Shown here piece after piece: positions 1-9,508 of a stretch of 17,500 nt of DNA. Under the pieces are notes generated by a model. That model saw nothing but the letters and a program-made list of their open reading frames with translations. It did no database searches and was not told where the DNA came from. Each line of letters begins with the position of its first letter. The first letter of the stretch is position 1. The stretch is from Promethearchaeota archaeon. Lineage in GTDB: Archaea > Asgardarchaeota > Lokiarchaeia > Sigyniarchaeales > SOKP01. The DNA is taken from NCBI GenBank assembly GCA_008080735.1, contig SHMW01000090.1:1-17500 (forward strand). Direction: 5' to 3'. The translations under genes were made by a program, and so were the position numbers.

Positions 1-2
1 AT

Positions 3-512
3 GAGGAGGCTGTAAAAGAGGCGCAAGATACAGAGCTAAAAAATGATATAAAGAAAGATCCGCTTTCATGTTCGTGTCCATCTTCTCAAGCTATTCAATA
101 TGATGACGAATGGACTGAGACAGCAATTTCCGAAGAGATACCTTCAGCATTGCGACAGTGGCCTATAAAAATCGAATTAATTAATCCCGACGCACCGTAT
201 TTTGACACAGATGAATTAGTAATTGTTTCAGATTGTTCCCCTCTGGCATATGGAGATTTTCATCGGAGAATTCTTAAGGGTAGAACCATAATTAGCCTCT
301 GTCCGATGTTAGGATTAGATGATGCTGCTTTACATAAACTTAAAATGATAATTCAAGAAAATCCAATCAAACATATTGAATTGATATTAATGGACGTTCC
401 ATGTTGTAAAAAGATCTCTTTTTTGCTAGAGCCGATATTATCAGAGATAGAAAAGGAGATTTCGGTGAAAACAACAGTTATCAGTCGTCAAGGCAAAATT
501 AAAAATCCTTAA
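3..512 (+). CDS. Fe-S cluster-binding protein (ferredoxin-domain family often found next to hybrid-cluster protein genes), 5'-truncated by the window edge
   Basis: The frame of the 150..512 ORF is open back to position 3 (EEAVKEAQ...CSCPSS...SALRQWPIKIELINPDAPYF...SDC...FH...CP...MDVPCC). This matches the family pattern CP-S...QWP.Q..L....APYF...DC...CP...M.VPCC. The TTG at 150 is internal. Confidence 0.75.
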   Translation, partial: EEAVKEAQDTELKNDIKKDPLSCSCPSSQAIQYDDEWTETAISEEIPSALRQWPIKIELINPDAPYFDTDELVIVSDCSPLAYGDFHRRILKGRTIISLCPMLGLDDAALHKLKMIIQENPIKHIELILMDVPCCKKISFLLEPILSEIEKEISVKTTVISRQGKIKNP

Positions 513-513
513 C

Positions 514-530
514 TTATTTTGACTTTTTTC
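514..530 (+). terminator. Archaeal oligo-T terminator (putative)
   Basis: TTATTTTGACTTTTTTC directly follows the TAA stop at 510-512. Confidence 0.4.
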
Positions 531-593
531 TGCTATGAAGGGTACTTGAGTCTATTAGGTATTTACCATTCAATTTGAGTCATTGCAATAAAC

Positions 594-601
594 TTTTATA
601 A
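594..601 (+). promoter_or_regulatory. Putative archaeal TATA box
   Basis: TTTTATAA preceded by an A-rich BRE-like stretch, about 70 nt upstream of the ATG at 669. Confidence 0.3.
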
Positions 602-668
602 GGATAGAATACTAATCTTTAATTTAAAATTGATCTGATCACATTTCGAAAATAGAGTTAGAATTATT

Positions 669-1934
669 ATGAAAAAACCACCCATTGAATTGAGTTTAAA
701 ACAAAAAATTTACCTCTACGCGATTATAGCTTTCTTAATCGTAACAATTGGTGTGAATGTTGGATTATTGGCGTATAAGAATCAACATCCTTCAGAATTT
801 CTCATCTATGTCAATGATGTGGATAGATATGAAAATGGTAATACTGCTTTACGCGTTGGAGAATTTTCCACCACAATCAAAATCGCGATGGGACAAGAGA
901 GAAAGAATTGTTATAGTGCCATCGTGGAGGTAGACTCGAATGGTAAAATAGTTTGGGAATATACACCGAAAAATCCCGCGCAGTCTCATATAGATCATGA
1001 AATTAAAAAGAGAGAATTTAAAGAACGGATGGGATATTTCTATACCGATTGCTTGCAAGATAGGATTGTATTTGTAGATTATCAAACACAAGAGATAACT
1101 TGGGACTATTGGTTAGGGGATATAAATTGGACGGCATTAAATTCCAGTTGGGATAAAAAACATTATTACAATCAACCCGATATTCTCGATTGGTCGCATT
1201 TAAATGATATCGATTTTCATAACTATAGTGATTGGGAAAGCATGCTCCTAAGCATCAGAGACTTCAATTTAATTGTTGAAGTGAATTTGACAAGTGCTCA
1301 AAATCGCACCAGCGCGCATGAAGATGACATTATATGGTGGTACGGAGGGGATGGAATTCTTGCGTGCCCACACAATCCAGATTATTTACCCAACGGGAAC
1401 ATTATCATTGTAGATTCTAATAATCGAAGATTCATTGAGGTAAATATGAGTTCGTCTGAAATAGTATGGGAATGGAATCAGAGTAATATCATTACTTGGC
1501 CTCGAGATTGTGATTTGATGCCAGATGGGGAACATTATCTTATTACCGATTGCGATAAGACATTCATTCTCAATAAAAATACCAAATAAGTTGGATTACG
1601 TATTGATTTTGGCGGATATGAAGCAGATTACATCGAAGATTCTAATACCATAACAATTGGGGGAGATATGGCTGGAAAAGCATGCGAATATGATGCTGAT
1701 ACAGGAAGAAAAGTATGGGAATGGGGGGGAGGCGGAATAAAAGTATTAGTCAGCTATAATTTGGTGATTTTCATATTATTTCAGATTTATTGGGTAATCG
1801 CTATATATATAGGCTCAAATAAAAGGATTTGGCTAAAGATATTCCCCCTTCTTGTTGTAATTGGGTGTGAGTTGTTCGTGCTATTAGGTTTTGAACTAAT
1901 CACTACGTTTTTCTTTGTTCGAACGATTTGTTAA
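669..1934 (+). pseudogene. Membrane-anchored arylsulfotransferase (ASST)-like beta-propeller protein interrupted by a single in-frame TAA at 1587-1589
   Basis: ORFs 669..1589 and 1668..1934 share a frame and the 26 codons between them are open (VGLRIDFGGYEADYIEDSNTITIGGD). ASST-type motifs DWSHLNDID, LSIRD, PHNPDYLPNGN, WPRDCD and YEADY are present, with repeated (E/K)(I/V)xW blade motifs, an N-terminal TM helix and two C-terminal TM helices. Confidence 0.7.
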
Positions 1935-1979
1935 CCCTTAATGGTTCAATTCTAAAGGATGAGGGATTTTGGAGTTATT

Positions 1980-2633
1980 CTAAGTACTTATCATAACTTT
2001 CTTTTTGATAATTTTGCGTAAGACAACGGAGAGGGTTGATTTTGATTTGCCTAATTCATTTGCTAATTCTTCTAAAGAAATTTTCCTTGGAATATCAAAA
2101 AACCCTTCATCAATCGCTTTTTGTAGGATTTCCAGCTCATCCAAACTTAATCGGTGACCTTCATCCTCTAGATTCACAGAAGTATTTCCAATTTTTAATA
2201 ATTCAAAATCTATGCCCATTTCTTCAAACATTGTAAGCATTTTATCAATTCTTTTACGGGTCGAAATTAAATCCCAATATGCATAACCGTCTTCTATTTT
2301 TACTGGAAAATCCACCAATACCCCACATTTAATAACTCCATAGAGTAAATACGGATCCATTGTTTTTACATTGAATTTAATGCGATTTTCCTCTCTCTCA
2401 ACTAATGAGAATTCCATAACAGAAGGATGGTTTTGGATTTCCTCAATCATTAAATCGATATCGTAATGCATAATTTCTACCACAGCGTTCCCGATTGATT
2501 TTTCCAAATCATAGGGGAGAAAGTATAATATTTCCATTTGAACATCATGGAACTTTTCAAATATATCTGAGATCCAGATTCCTTCCGGAAATTCTACTCT
2601 AATGGTTGCGATTGTCGAATTTTGAGAATCCAT
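1980..2633 (-). CDS. Archaeal transcriptional regulator with C-terminal bacterio-opsin-activator-type HTH (HTH_10)
   Basis: C-terminal LS..E.EILQKAIDEGFFDIPRKISLEELANELGKSKSTLSVVLRK is the typical HTH_10 signature. Start taken as the ATG at 2633; the alternative is GTG at 2657. Confidence 0.85.
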   Translation of the reverse strand: MDSQNSTIATIRVEFPEGIWISDIFEKFHDVQMEILYFLPYDLEKSIGNAVVEIMHYDIDLMIEEIQNHPSVMEFSLVEREENRIKFNVKTMDPYLLYGVIKCGVLVDFPVKIEDGYAYWDLISTRKRIDKMLTMFEEMGIDFELLKIGNTSVNLEDEGHRLSLDELEILQKAIDEGFFDIPRKISLEELANELGKSKSTLSVVLRKIIKKKVMIST

Positions 2634-2719
2634 AGCGACTGATAAAAAAGGGTTCACTTTCTATAGAGATTTTATGTAATTAGCAATAATATTAAATAAT
2701 AAATATACTATTTCTTCTT

Positions 2720-3316
2720 ATGTCTTTGGATAAAAACCTCCTTATAGGAGTTTGTGGAAGCCCCAGAAATCAAGGAACTGAATTTGCTGTCAAATATGCA
2801 CTTGAATATGCGAGAGATAAATTTGGGTTTGAAACCGAATTTTGGACTGTGAGAAAGAAGGAGATCAAGTTTTGTATTCATTGCGATTATTGTATAAGAG
2901 AGAAAAAAGGATGTATCCATAAGGATGATTTACAAGGATTATATCCGATACTCGAACAAGCCAAGTTTTTGTTGTTTGGTACCCCGGTCTTTCAAGGAAA
3001 CTTATCAGCCCAAATTAAGGCAATCATGGACAGGTGCCGAGCTATTGTTGCTAAGAATCCAGAAGTCTTTAAAAATAAGGTAGGGATGGCCCTAGCAGTT
3101 GGAGGGGATAGGAGCGGAGGGCAAGAGATTGCGATGCGAACTATATTAGACTTTTATCAGCAAAATCATATTATTTCTGTTTCTGGCGGTGCGTTTGGTG
3201 CCAATTTAGGAGCAGCATTATGGAGTAACGATAAAGGAAGGGAAGGGGTTGAAAACGACCAAGAGGGGTTGAAGGCAATACGAATGGTAATAAAGCGATT
3301 AGCAGAGTTTCAATAA
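2720..3316 (+). CDS. Iron-sulfur flavoprotein (Isf) / NADPH-dependent FMN reductase-family flavodoxin
   Basis: GSPR flavin loop, compact Cys motif CIHCDYC-x6-C, GTPVFQG, and GGDRSGGQE. Confidence 0.9.
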   Translation: MSLDKNLLIGVCGSPRNQGTEFAVKYALEYARDKFGFETEFWTVRKKEIKFCIHCDYCIREKKGCIHKDDLQGLYPILEQAKFLLFGTPVFQGNLSAQIKAIMDRCRAIVAKNPEVFKNKVGMALAVGGDRSGGQEIAMRTILDFYQQNHIISVSGGAFGANLGAALWSNDKGREGVENDQEGLKAIRMVIKRLAEFQ

Positions 3317-3417
3317 TTCAAGTGCCAAAAGAAAGAGAGGGAAAACCAAAAATTATAATCAAAACTTTTCATTCTTCCTTAATATATCATAAAATCATCT
3401 AAAAAGGATAGATAGTT

Positions 3418-4380
3418 ATGCCCGAATATCAAGACATTATTGAAGCTTATCACCGAATAAATGATTATATTAATAAAACCCCCGTAATAACTTCTAGAAC
3501 ACTTAATAAAAAAACAGAGGCAGATATATTTTTAAAATGTGAAAACTTCCAGAGAGTTGGAGCGTTTAAAATGCGGGGTGCTGTAAATGCGCTTTCTCAA
3601 ATGAGTGAAGAGCAAAAAAATAAAGGGGTTATCACCCATTCAAGCGGAAACCATGCCCAAGCCATTGCCTTATCAGCAAAACTTCTAAATATTCACGCAA
3701 CCATCGTGATGCCGAGAACATCTCCAAAAGTGAAGATCAGAGCAACAAGGGATACTTATGACGCGGAGGTAGTCCTTTGCGAACCAACCTTAGAAGCCCG
3801 TCAGACCACCACCCAAAATCTTATTGATAAACATGGTTATACCTTAATACATCCCTATGATAATGAGAATGTAATTGCGGGAGCGGGGACCGCCGCTTAT
3901 GAATTATTAAACCAAGTAAAAGAGTTAGAGATGATATTCGCACCGATAGGCGGCGGAGGTCTAATGAGTGGAACTTCAATTGCAACTAAAGGATTCGATC
4001 CCGGGATTCAAGTTATTGGGGTAGAACCGGAGAATGTCAACGATGCATATCGTTCTTTACAGTCGGGGAAGATTCAGAAAAACGAGACTATCAATTCTAT
4101 CGCTGATGGATTATTGACCAACTTGAGTGAAAGAACTTTTTCAATACTACAAAAAAATGTGGACCAGATCATCACGATCTCTGAACAACAGATTCTTGAT
4201 GCGACGCGATTTATTTGGGAGAGAATGAAACTTGTAGTGGAGCCCTCTGGAGCATGCTCGCTTGGGGGCGTCATGTCCAAGGAAATCCCGATCAAAGGAA
4301 AACGAATAGGTGTTATCATCAGTGGAGGAAATGTAGATCTTAGTCATTTATTTGAGAAATATGAAAATCTCATCAATTAA
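3418..4380 (+). CDS. PLP-dependent fold-II serine/threonine dehydratase (serine racemase / hydroxyaspartate ammonia-lyase-like; no ACT domain)
   Basis: LKCENFQRVGAFKMRGA (PLP lysine), HSSGNHAQA, PIGGGGLMSG, VEPSGA and SGGN motifs; 320 aa. Confidence 0.92.
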   Translation: MPEYQDIIEAYHRINDYINKTPVITSRTLNKKTEADIFLKCENFQRVGAFKMRGAVNALSQMSEEQKNKGVITHSSGNHAQAIALSAKLLNIHATIVMPRTSPKVKIRATRDTYDAEVVLCEPTLEARQTTTQNLIDKHGYTLIHPYDNENVIAGAGTAAYELLNQVKELEMIFAPIGGGGLMSGTSIATKGFDPGIQVIGVEPENVNDAYRSLQSGKIQKNETINSIADGLLTNLSERTFSILQKNVDQIITISEQQILDATRFIWERMKLVVEPSGACSLGGVMSKEIPIKGKRIGVIISGGNVDLSHLFEKYENLIN

Positions 4381-4458
4381 TAAGATTATTTTTAAATTCC
4401 GCTATGGATTAATAATTTAGGTTATAAAAACAAGTGAAAAAAAGAATAGTGATTTAGA

Positions 4459-5913
4459 TTAGTGTCCTATATCTTGCTCTTTTAGCTGGTTTTCTAGCCA
4501 TATCTTTTTGTCTCCCTTGATATCGTAAATCTTCGCATATCCTATCGTTGAGAGAGCCGTAATTATTGTAGGAATTATTACAAAGGTTAATAATATCCCA
4601 AATTTCGCTAGATCCGTCTGCAAAGTCTTTCCATATGCGTTGCCATCCCCGAGAAATGCTTCTAATTCATTAACTGGCACATATCCCGTCAATTCATGAA
4701 TTCCAAGCATAAAGATCGTAAATAATATAATTGAAAGACGCCCAAAAAAGATATATACTCCCGCATATACGTTGGTTGCGCGCTTACCTAATTGAACTGA
4801 TAAACTATCAAGGGCTTCTGATAGTACGGGCGACAGCATCGCCCACATCGCCCCATTTCCAATACCTATGATAAACGCAAATGGAATAGCCACAATGAGA
4901 TCTTGAATGAATAACAACGGAAGAGTAAGTATCGCTTCAGTCAGTCCCCCTATCACTGCTGTTTTATAAAATCCGTATTTTTTTGCTAGTTTAGTAAATA
5001 TAGGAACTGCGACGAAAATCCCTAAAATAACTGCTGCTAAAAGTATTGTTTTACTATCCGCGGGTTCCCCTAAAATGAAAGCATTGTAATAATCGACTCC
5101 CCCAACAACAAAATAATCCCATGTTTTATTGCCGAAATAGAGCAATACATATGCCAGAAATGCTTTGTTTTTAAGTCCAGTTTTGAGAAGTTGGATAAAT
5201 GGAGTCCTTTCTTGTTCTCCTTGAGCAACTGCTTGCGCTTTTCTTGCGGGATCTTCACGAGCGCCATAAATTACCGCTATTCCAGCAATACTTCCAAAGA
5301 AAAAGACTATGGCTGCCATCAATGCGAATGATTGGACATTTCCATACTCATAGATTTCTGGAGGAAGAACCGCACCAATTATGATGCTGATTATTGCTAA
5401 TACCAATTTGTATGCATTTCCTTTTCTTCTTTCTTCATCTGTTCTATATTTTTCAGCAAACATCGCAACCCAAGATATATGAAACATCGAATAGAAAGTA
5501 TCTGCAAGGACAAGCCAAGTCATCATCCATAAAAACCATACAAAAGGTCCTGCTCCCACGGGGGGCGCGAAAAGTAAGAAATAACAAAGATACATAGGAA
5601 TAAGAGTGGTGGCTATCCAAGGAAATCTTTTACCCCATTTACCCCAAAATTTTCTTGGCTTTTCAATTACATATCCAATAATTGGATCGTTTACAGCATT
5701 CCATACAGCAAAAACTATATTAGCAATGAGTATTAACCATGGAAAGAGGCCTAATTCGTTCTCATAAAACCAAAAATATAGCGCTCCAAAAGCATTTCCC
5801 ACTAATTCAATTCCAAAAGATCCGAAACTGAAAGATATCATGCTCTTCTTGGAAGTATGCCATTCGCTCCAGTCATCTAATTCCTTAAAATTTGTTTTTT
5901 GTTTTTGTTCCAT
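4459..5913 (-). CDS. MFS transporter, GPH (Na+/melibiose symporter-like) family
   Basis: About 12 hydrophobic segments and the WNAVNDPIIG...WGKRFPW GPH motif. ATG at 5913 has an upstream GAGTG; the ORF track starts at GTG 5925. Confidence 0.88.
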   Translation of the reverse strand: MEQKQKTNFKELDDWSEWHTSKKSMISFSFGSFGIELVGNAFGALYFWFYENELGLFPWLILIANIVFAVWNAVNDPIIGYVIEKPRKFWGKWGKRFPWIATTLIPMYLCYFLLFAPPVGAGPFVWFLWMMTWLVLADTFYSMFHISWVAMFAEKYRTDEERRKGNAYKLVLAIISIIIGAVLPPEIYEYGNVQSFALMAAIVFFFGSIAGIAVIYGAREDPARKAQAVAQGEQERTPFIQLLKTGLKNKAFLAYVLLYFGNKTWDYFVVGGVDYYNAFILGEPADSKTILLAAVILGIFVAVPIFTKLAKKYGFYKTAVIGGLTEAILTLPLLFIQDLIVAIPFAFIIGIGNGAMWAMLSPVLSEALDSLSVQLGKRATNVYAGVYIFFGRLSIILFTIFMLGIHELTGYVPVNELEAFLGDGNAYGKTLQTDLAKFGILLTFVIIPTIITALSTIGYAKIYDIKGDKKIWLENQLKEQDIGH

Positions 5914-5941
5914 TTTAAAAAGCACTCATAAATTAATTACA

Positions 5942-5980
5942 TTTTTATTAATTTAAATTTAATAAAAAGTTATATATAAA
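5942..5980. promoter_or_regulatory. Divergent promoter region with a 10-bp inverted repeat and a TATA-like element
   Basis: TTTTTATTAA-N7-TTAATAAAAA at 5942-5968 is followed by the symmetric TTATATATAA, between the divergent MFS and M20 genes. Confidence 0.35.
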
Positions 5981-6062
5981 GATTTATAATAATTACTAGA
6001 TTAACTTCTAAACAAGCTATTAATTCTGTTGATAATTATTATTTAAAAAGATAGTGAGAAAT

Positions 6063-7478
6063 ATGGCTAAAAATAGTCAAAATTCGCGAAAGATTCACAG
6101 AATGGAGAAATTTTCCTCCAACTCAGAGTTGGAACAAGAAGCAATTCAATTCTTACAGATGTGTATTCAAACTGACACTGTAAATCCGCCTGGAAATGAA
6201 GTGCAATTAGCCAAAAAAATTCAAGAAGTATTTGATAATGAGGAAAATCCCTTAATTCAAACAAAAATCATTGAAACAAAACCGGGTAGAGGCAATCTAA
6301 TAGTAGATATTCGAGGTTCCGATCCAGAGACTTCTGATTCATGGGGATTCGGGTCTCACTTAGATGTGGTCCCAATAGAAAACGCAAAAAACTGGAACTA
6401 TCCTCCATTCTCTGGGAAAGTTGTTGAATTAGAGCATGATAGATTTATATGGGGCAGAGGGGCGTTCGATATGAAGAATACGGGCACGGCTTTCACCATC
6501 GCTATTTTGGCATTATTAAGAGAAGGATTCCAACCGAAAGGAAATATCAAACTCATATTCGAGGCTGATGAGGAAAGAGGCGGAGAGGAGGGAATGGCAA
6601 TTTTAGTAGATCAATACTGGGATGAAATTAAGGTAGATTGCTTTATTACGGAAGGAGGTGGATTTAAACTTCCCATAGGTGGGGATTTTACCATCCAAGT
6701 AGGTGAAAAGGGCAAATGCCAAACAAAAATCGAATGTGAAGGGGTGGCGGGACATGGATCTACTCCCGGTGACTACAATAAATTCGCGATCTACAAATTA
6801 ATGGACATATTAGAAAATATTCGTAAATGGAAACCAGAAATCTATATGATTGATGAATATAAACAGCTTGTAAATGCCTTAAGTCTCCCAGGGATTTTTA
6901 AGTTCTTGTTAAAACGAAAATCAATCATTCGACCACTTCTTTCGGTAATATCAAAGCGTACAGGTGATCCGTTTGATAAATTTCTCATGCCCATAATTAC
7001 GGATACTATTTCTCCCACGATAGTCAAATCGGGAAGTAAGGTCAATGTGATAAGTCCGCATGCAGAGTTATCTTTAGATATTAGAGTGCTTCCAGGACAT
7101 AATCAAGATTTTATCTATAACAAGTTGGAAAAGATTATTGGATCTGAATTGTTTAAAGAATTAAAACTGAGCCCAATAGATGAGACTGCCTCAACAACTT
7201 CGCCTATTAATACAAAATATTATCATAGCATCGGAGAAACCTTGGAAGAGATATATCCCGGGGGAAATTTAGTACCCCTCTTCGATGTCGGAGGTACTGA
7301 TATGAAACACGTGAGAAAAAGAAATATCCCTTGTTATGGGTTTTCCTTATTGCTGAAAGACCCCGATTTGACCTATGACGAATTGGGCAGCTTAGCACAT
7401 GCTCCAAACGAGCGGATTTCGGTAAATAATTTGATGATCTCAACAGAATTTGCCTATCGGTTAATGAAAAAGGTTTAA
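6063..7478 (+). CDS. M20/M25/M40 family metallo-hydrolase (peptidase/aminoacylase)
   Basis: TVNPPGNE, SHLDVVP, WGRGAFDMK, ADEERGG, GHGS, GGTDMK and AHAPNE motifs. The start could be 6054 (GTG), 6063 or 6102 (ATG). Confidence 0.92.
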   Translation: MAKNSQNSRKIHRMEKFSSNSELEQEAIQFLQMCIQTDTVNPPGNEVQLAKKIQEVFDNEENPLIQTKIIETKPGRGNLIVDIRGSDPETSDSWGFGSHLDVVPIENAKNWNYPPFSGKVVELEHDRFIWGRGAFDMKNTGTAFTIAILALLREGFQPKGNIKLIFEADEERGGEEGMAILVDQYWDEIKVDCFITEGGGFKLPIGGDFTIQVGEKGKCQTKIECEGVAGHGSTPGDYNKFAIYKLMDILENIRKWKPEIYMIDEYKQLVNALSLPGIFKFLLKRKSIIRPLLSVISKRTGDPFDKFLMPIITDTISPTIVKSGSKVNVISPHAELSLDIRVLPGHNQDFIYNKLEKIIGSELFKELKLSPIDETASTTSPINTKYYHSIGETLEEIYPGGNLVPLFDVGGTDMKHVRKRNIPCYGFSLLLKDPDLTYDELGSLAHAPNERISVNNLMISTEFAYRLMKKV

Positions 7479-7544
7479 TGAACTAATCCAAATTAAAGCT
7501 ATATAACTAGATTTTAAATCTACTACAGGATAGAGTTGATAAAT

Positions 7545-8300
7545 ATGGAAACAGTTCGAATTGATGAGATGACGTGGGTCGATATTAAAGAAAAGATTGA
7601 AAACGGATATAAAACTGTGATTTTTGGGGTAGGTTCCACCGAGCAACATGGCCCGTCTTTACCCGAACAAACTGACGCACGGCAAGCGGATGAATTTGCA
7701 CACATTATCGCATTAGAATTAGGAAATACTCTCCAAGCTCCAACAATTAACGTAGGTTTTTCAAAATATCATATGCATTTTCCCGGCACGATTACACTAC
7801 GAAAGGAGACATTGAGTGCGATTATAGAGGATTATGTCAATAGTCTTGCAAGCCATGGATTTGAAAATATTATTATATTTATATCACACGGAGGTAATGA
7901 AGAGCCTGTAAACGCGGTCCTTCCTCAGCTACGGGAAAAATACCCAGAGAAAAAAATATTTTATTATTATACCCAAGATATACTTCCTGCTATGAGAGAG
8001 ATGGGACAAAAACACGATTTAACATTTGGGGAAATAGGTTCTCATGCGGGGGATATGGAAGCTTCTGTTATGCTCCATTTAGCGCCCGACCTTGTTAGAA
8101 AGGAGCGTCTTGCGAAAGGATATACAAAAATGATAACTCCGAGGGTAAGGAAAAAATATAGAGCAAACGGATTCCAAACGATAACCGAAAACGGAGTAGT
8201 TGGAGATCAAACACGAGCAACAGCAGAAAAGGGAAAGGATTATATGGATCACTTCAAAAAGGTAGTTTTCAACTATATTAGACAAAAATTAGAACAATAA
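7545..8300 (+). CDS. Creatininase / creatinine amidohydrolase family protein
   Basis: GSTEQHGPSLP..TD, H..FPGTITL, SHGGN, HAGDME and NGVVGD...AT.EKG motifs. ATG at 7545; alternative TTG at 7536. Confidence 0.9.
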   Translation: METVRIDEMTWVDIKEKIENGYKTVIFGVGSTEQHGPSLPEQTDARQADEFAHIIALELGNTLQAPTINVGFSKYHMHFPGTITLRKETLSAIIEDYVNSLASHGFENIIIFISHGGNEEPVNAVLPQLREKYPEKKIFYYYTQDILPAMREMGQKHDLTFGEIGSHAGDMEASVMLHLAPDLVRKERLAKGYTKMITPRVRKKYRANGFQTITENGVVGDQTRATAEKGKDYMDHFKKVVFNYIRQKLEQ

Positions 8301-8302
8301 AA

Positions 8303-8329
8303 TTTTATTTCATTTTTTTATTCCTTTTT
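8303..8329 (+). terminator. Oligo-T terminator (putative)
   Basis: T-rich run TTTTATTTCATTTTTTTATTCCTTTTT after the stop at 8300, in a convergent gap. Confidence 0.4.
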
Positions 8330-8343
8330 AATTCAAGAGAAGG

Positions 8344-9306
8344 TTATTTTGTTATATCAATTCTTTTAGATCGTTTCGATTTTCTAATTACGATAATATT
8401 CGCAATAATTATCAGACCACCCCCTAATACGGTAAATATCGAGAATTTTTGCAGGAATATAGCCGTATTGATGGTCGCTACGAACGGTTCAAAATAACCT
8501 AAAATGATAACATTGCCAGTTTTATCATTTTTTATTCCAATATTATATAAGATGAAAGCTAATGCTGTAGGGAATAATCCAAGAAGAAGGCACACAAATA
8601 GGTCCAGCAGACTTAATCGAAAAAGATCTGATGCACCGAATGGTAAAAAGAATATAATGAGTGTTATAGTGGCCCACCACGCCAAAAAAGTATCAAATGC
8701 CCCTTCATCGTCGCGACCTATCCCTTCAGACCTGTATCGCCGTTTATACATCATTTTTCGAATGAAAATATTAATTGCTAAAAATACCGCGGAGCCGAGT
8801 CCAAAAAGAAGCGAATTTAACAGTAGAGATCCCTCCCACACTTCCATTATAACTAAAACACCAAATATGGCTAAGAAAAAACTCAAGATATTTATTTTTG
8901 GAATAGTTTCCTCTTCTTTTGTGATATATTCGATACCGAGTAAAATGATTCCATTCATGTAGAGAAGGAATGCTGCGATCGCGTATCCGGAAACTTGAAT
9001 ATTTAAAAAATAAAAAAGAATTCCAAGGGGATAAATAAGAATTAGAATTGCTAAATTTTTCCAATGTAATTTAAAATTGTTTTTAAGAAATGTTTTTGAG
9101 AATGCCCCCGTTTTCATCATCCATAATGTGAGAAAGAACGTCCCAAAGACCCCTCTGAACAAAACTATACTATAAGTAGGAAACCCAGACAAGAAATCGA
9201 CCATTAAGCCGACAAAACCCATTGATACTGCCGATATGAGCATAGAAATCTCGGAAATAAATTGGTCCTTCGTTTTCTCGCTTCCATCATTCTTATTTTG
9301 TTCCAT
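8344..9306 (-). CDS. DMT superfamily (EamA-type) transporter
   Basis: About 10 TM segments in two repeats, with FRG..G, LG..PTALAFILYN.G and EP..A motifs. Confidence 0.85.
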   Translation of the reverse strand: MEQNKNDGSEKTKDQFISEISMLISAVSMGFVGLMVDFLSGFPTYSIVLFRGVFGTFFLTLWMMKTGAFSKTFLKNNFKLHWKNLAILILIYPLGILFYFLNIQVSGYAIAAFLLYMNGIILLGIEYITKEEETIPKINILSFFLAIFGVLVIMEVWEGSLLLNSLLFGLGSAVFLAINIFIRKMMYKRRYRSEGIGRDDEGAFDTFLAWWATITLIIFFLPFGASDLFRLSLLDLFVCLLLGLFPTALAFILYNIGIKNDKTGNVIILGYFEPFVATINTAIFLQKFSIFTVLGGGLIIIANIIVIRKSKRSKRIDITK

Positions 9307-9508
9307 CGTGTATCAAAAAATTCCATACAATAATTATCTTATTATTTATCAAAAGTAATTTAAAAAACTCAAGAGAACTAAAATAATTTTTAAGATAAAA
9401 AAAAATTCCTTCTCACCGTGAAAATCTTGTTTTTTAGCAACAATAAAGATAAAAAATTAGAGTTCACTTTAAAAAATAGTCATTAAACTTGGTCAATTGG
9501 GAAATATT

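Noticed and set aside
1587-1589. Selenocysteine/pyrrolysine or genetic-code reassignment at the internal stop
   Set aside because: The codon is TAA, not TGA or TAG, and TAA terminates most other genes in the window at their expected ends.
3418-4380. Cysteate synthase supplying ComDE
   Set aside because: The motifs are those of the Ser/Thr dehydratase-serine racemase group rather than threonine-synthase-like cysteate synthase.
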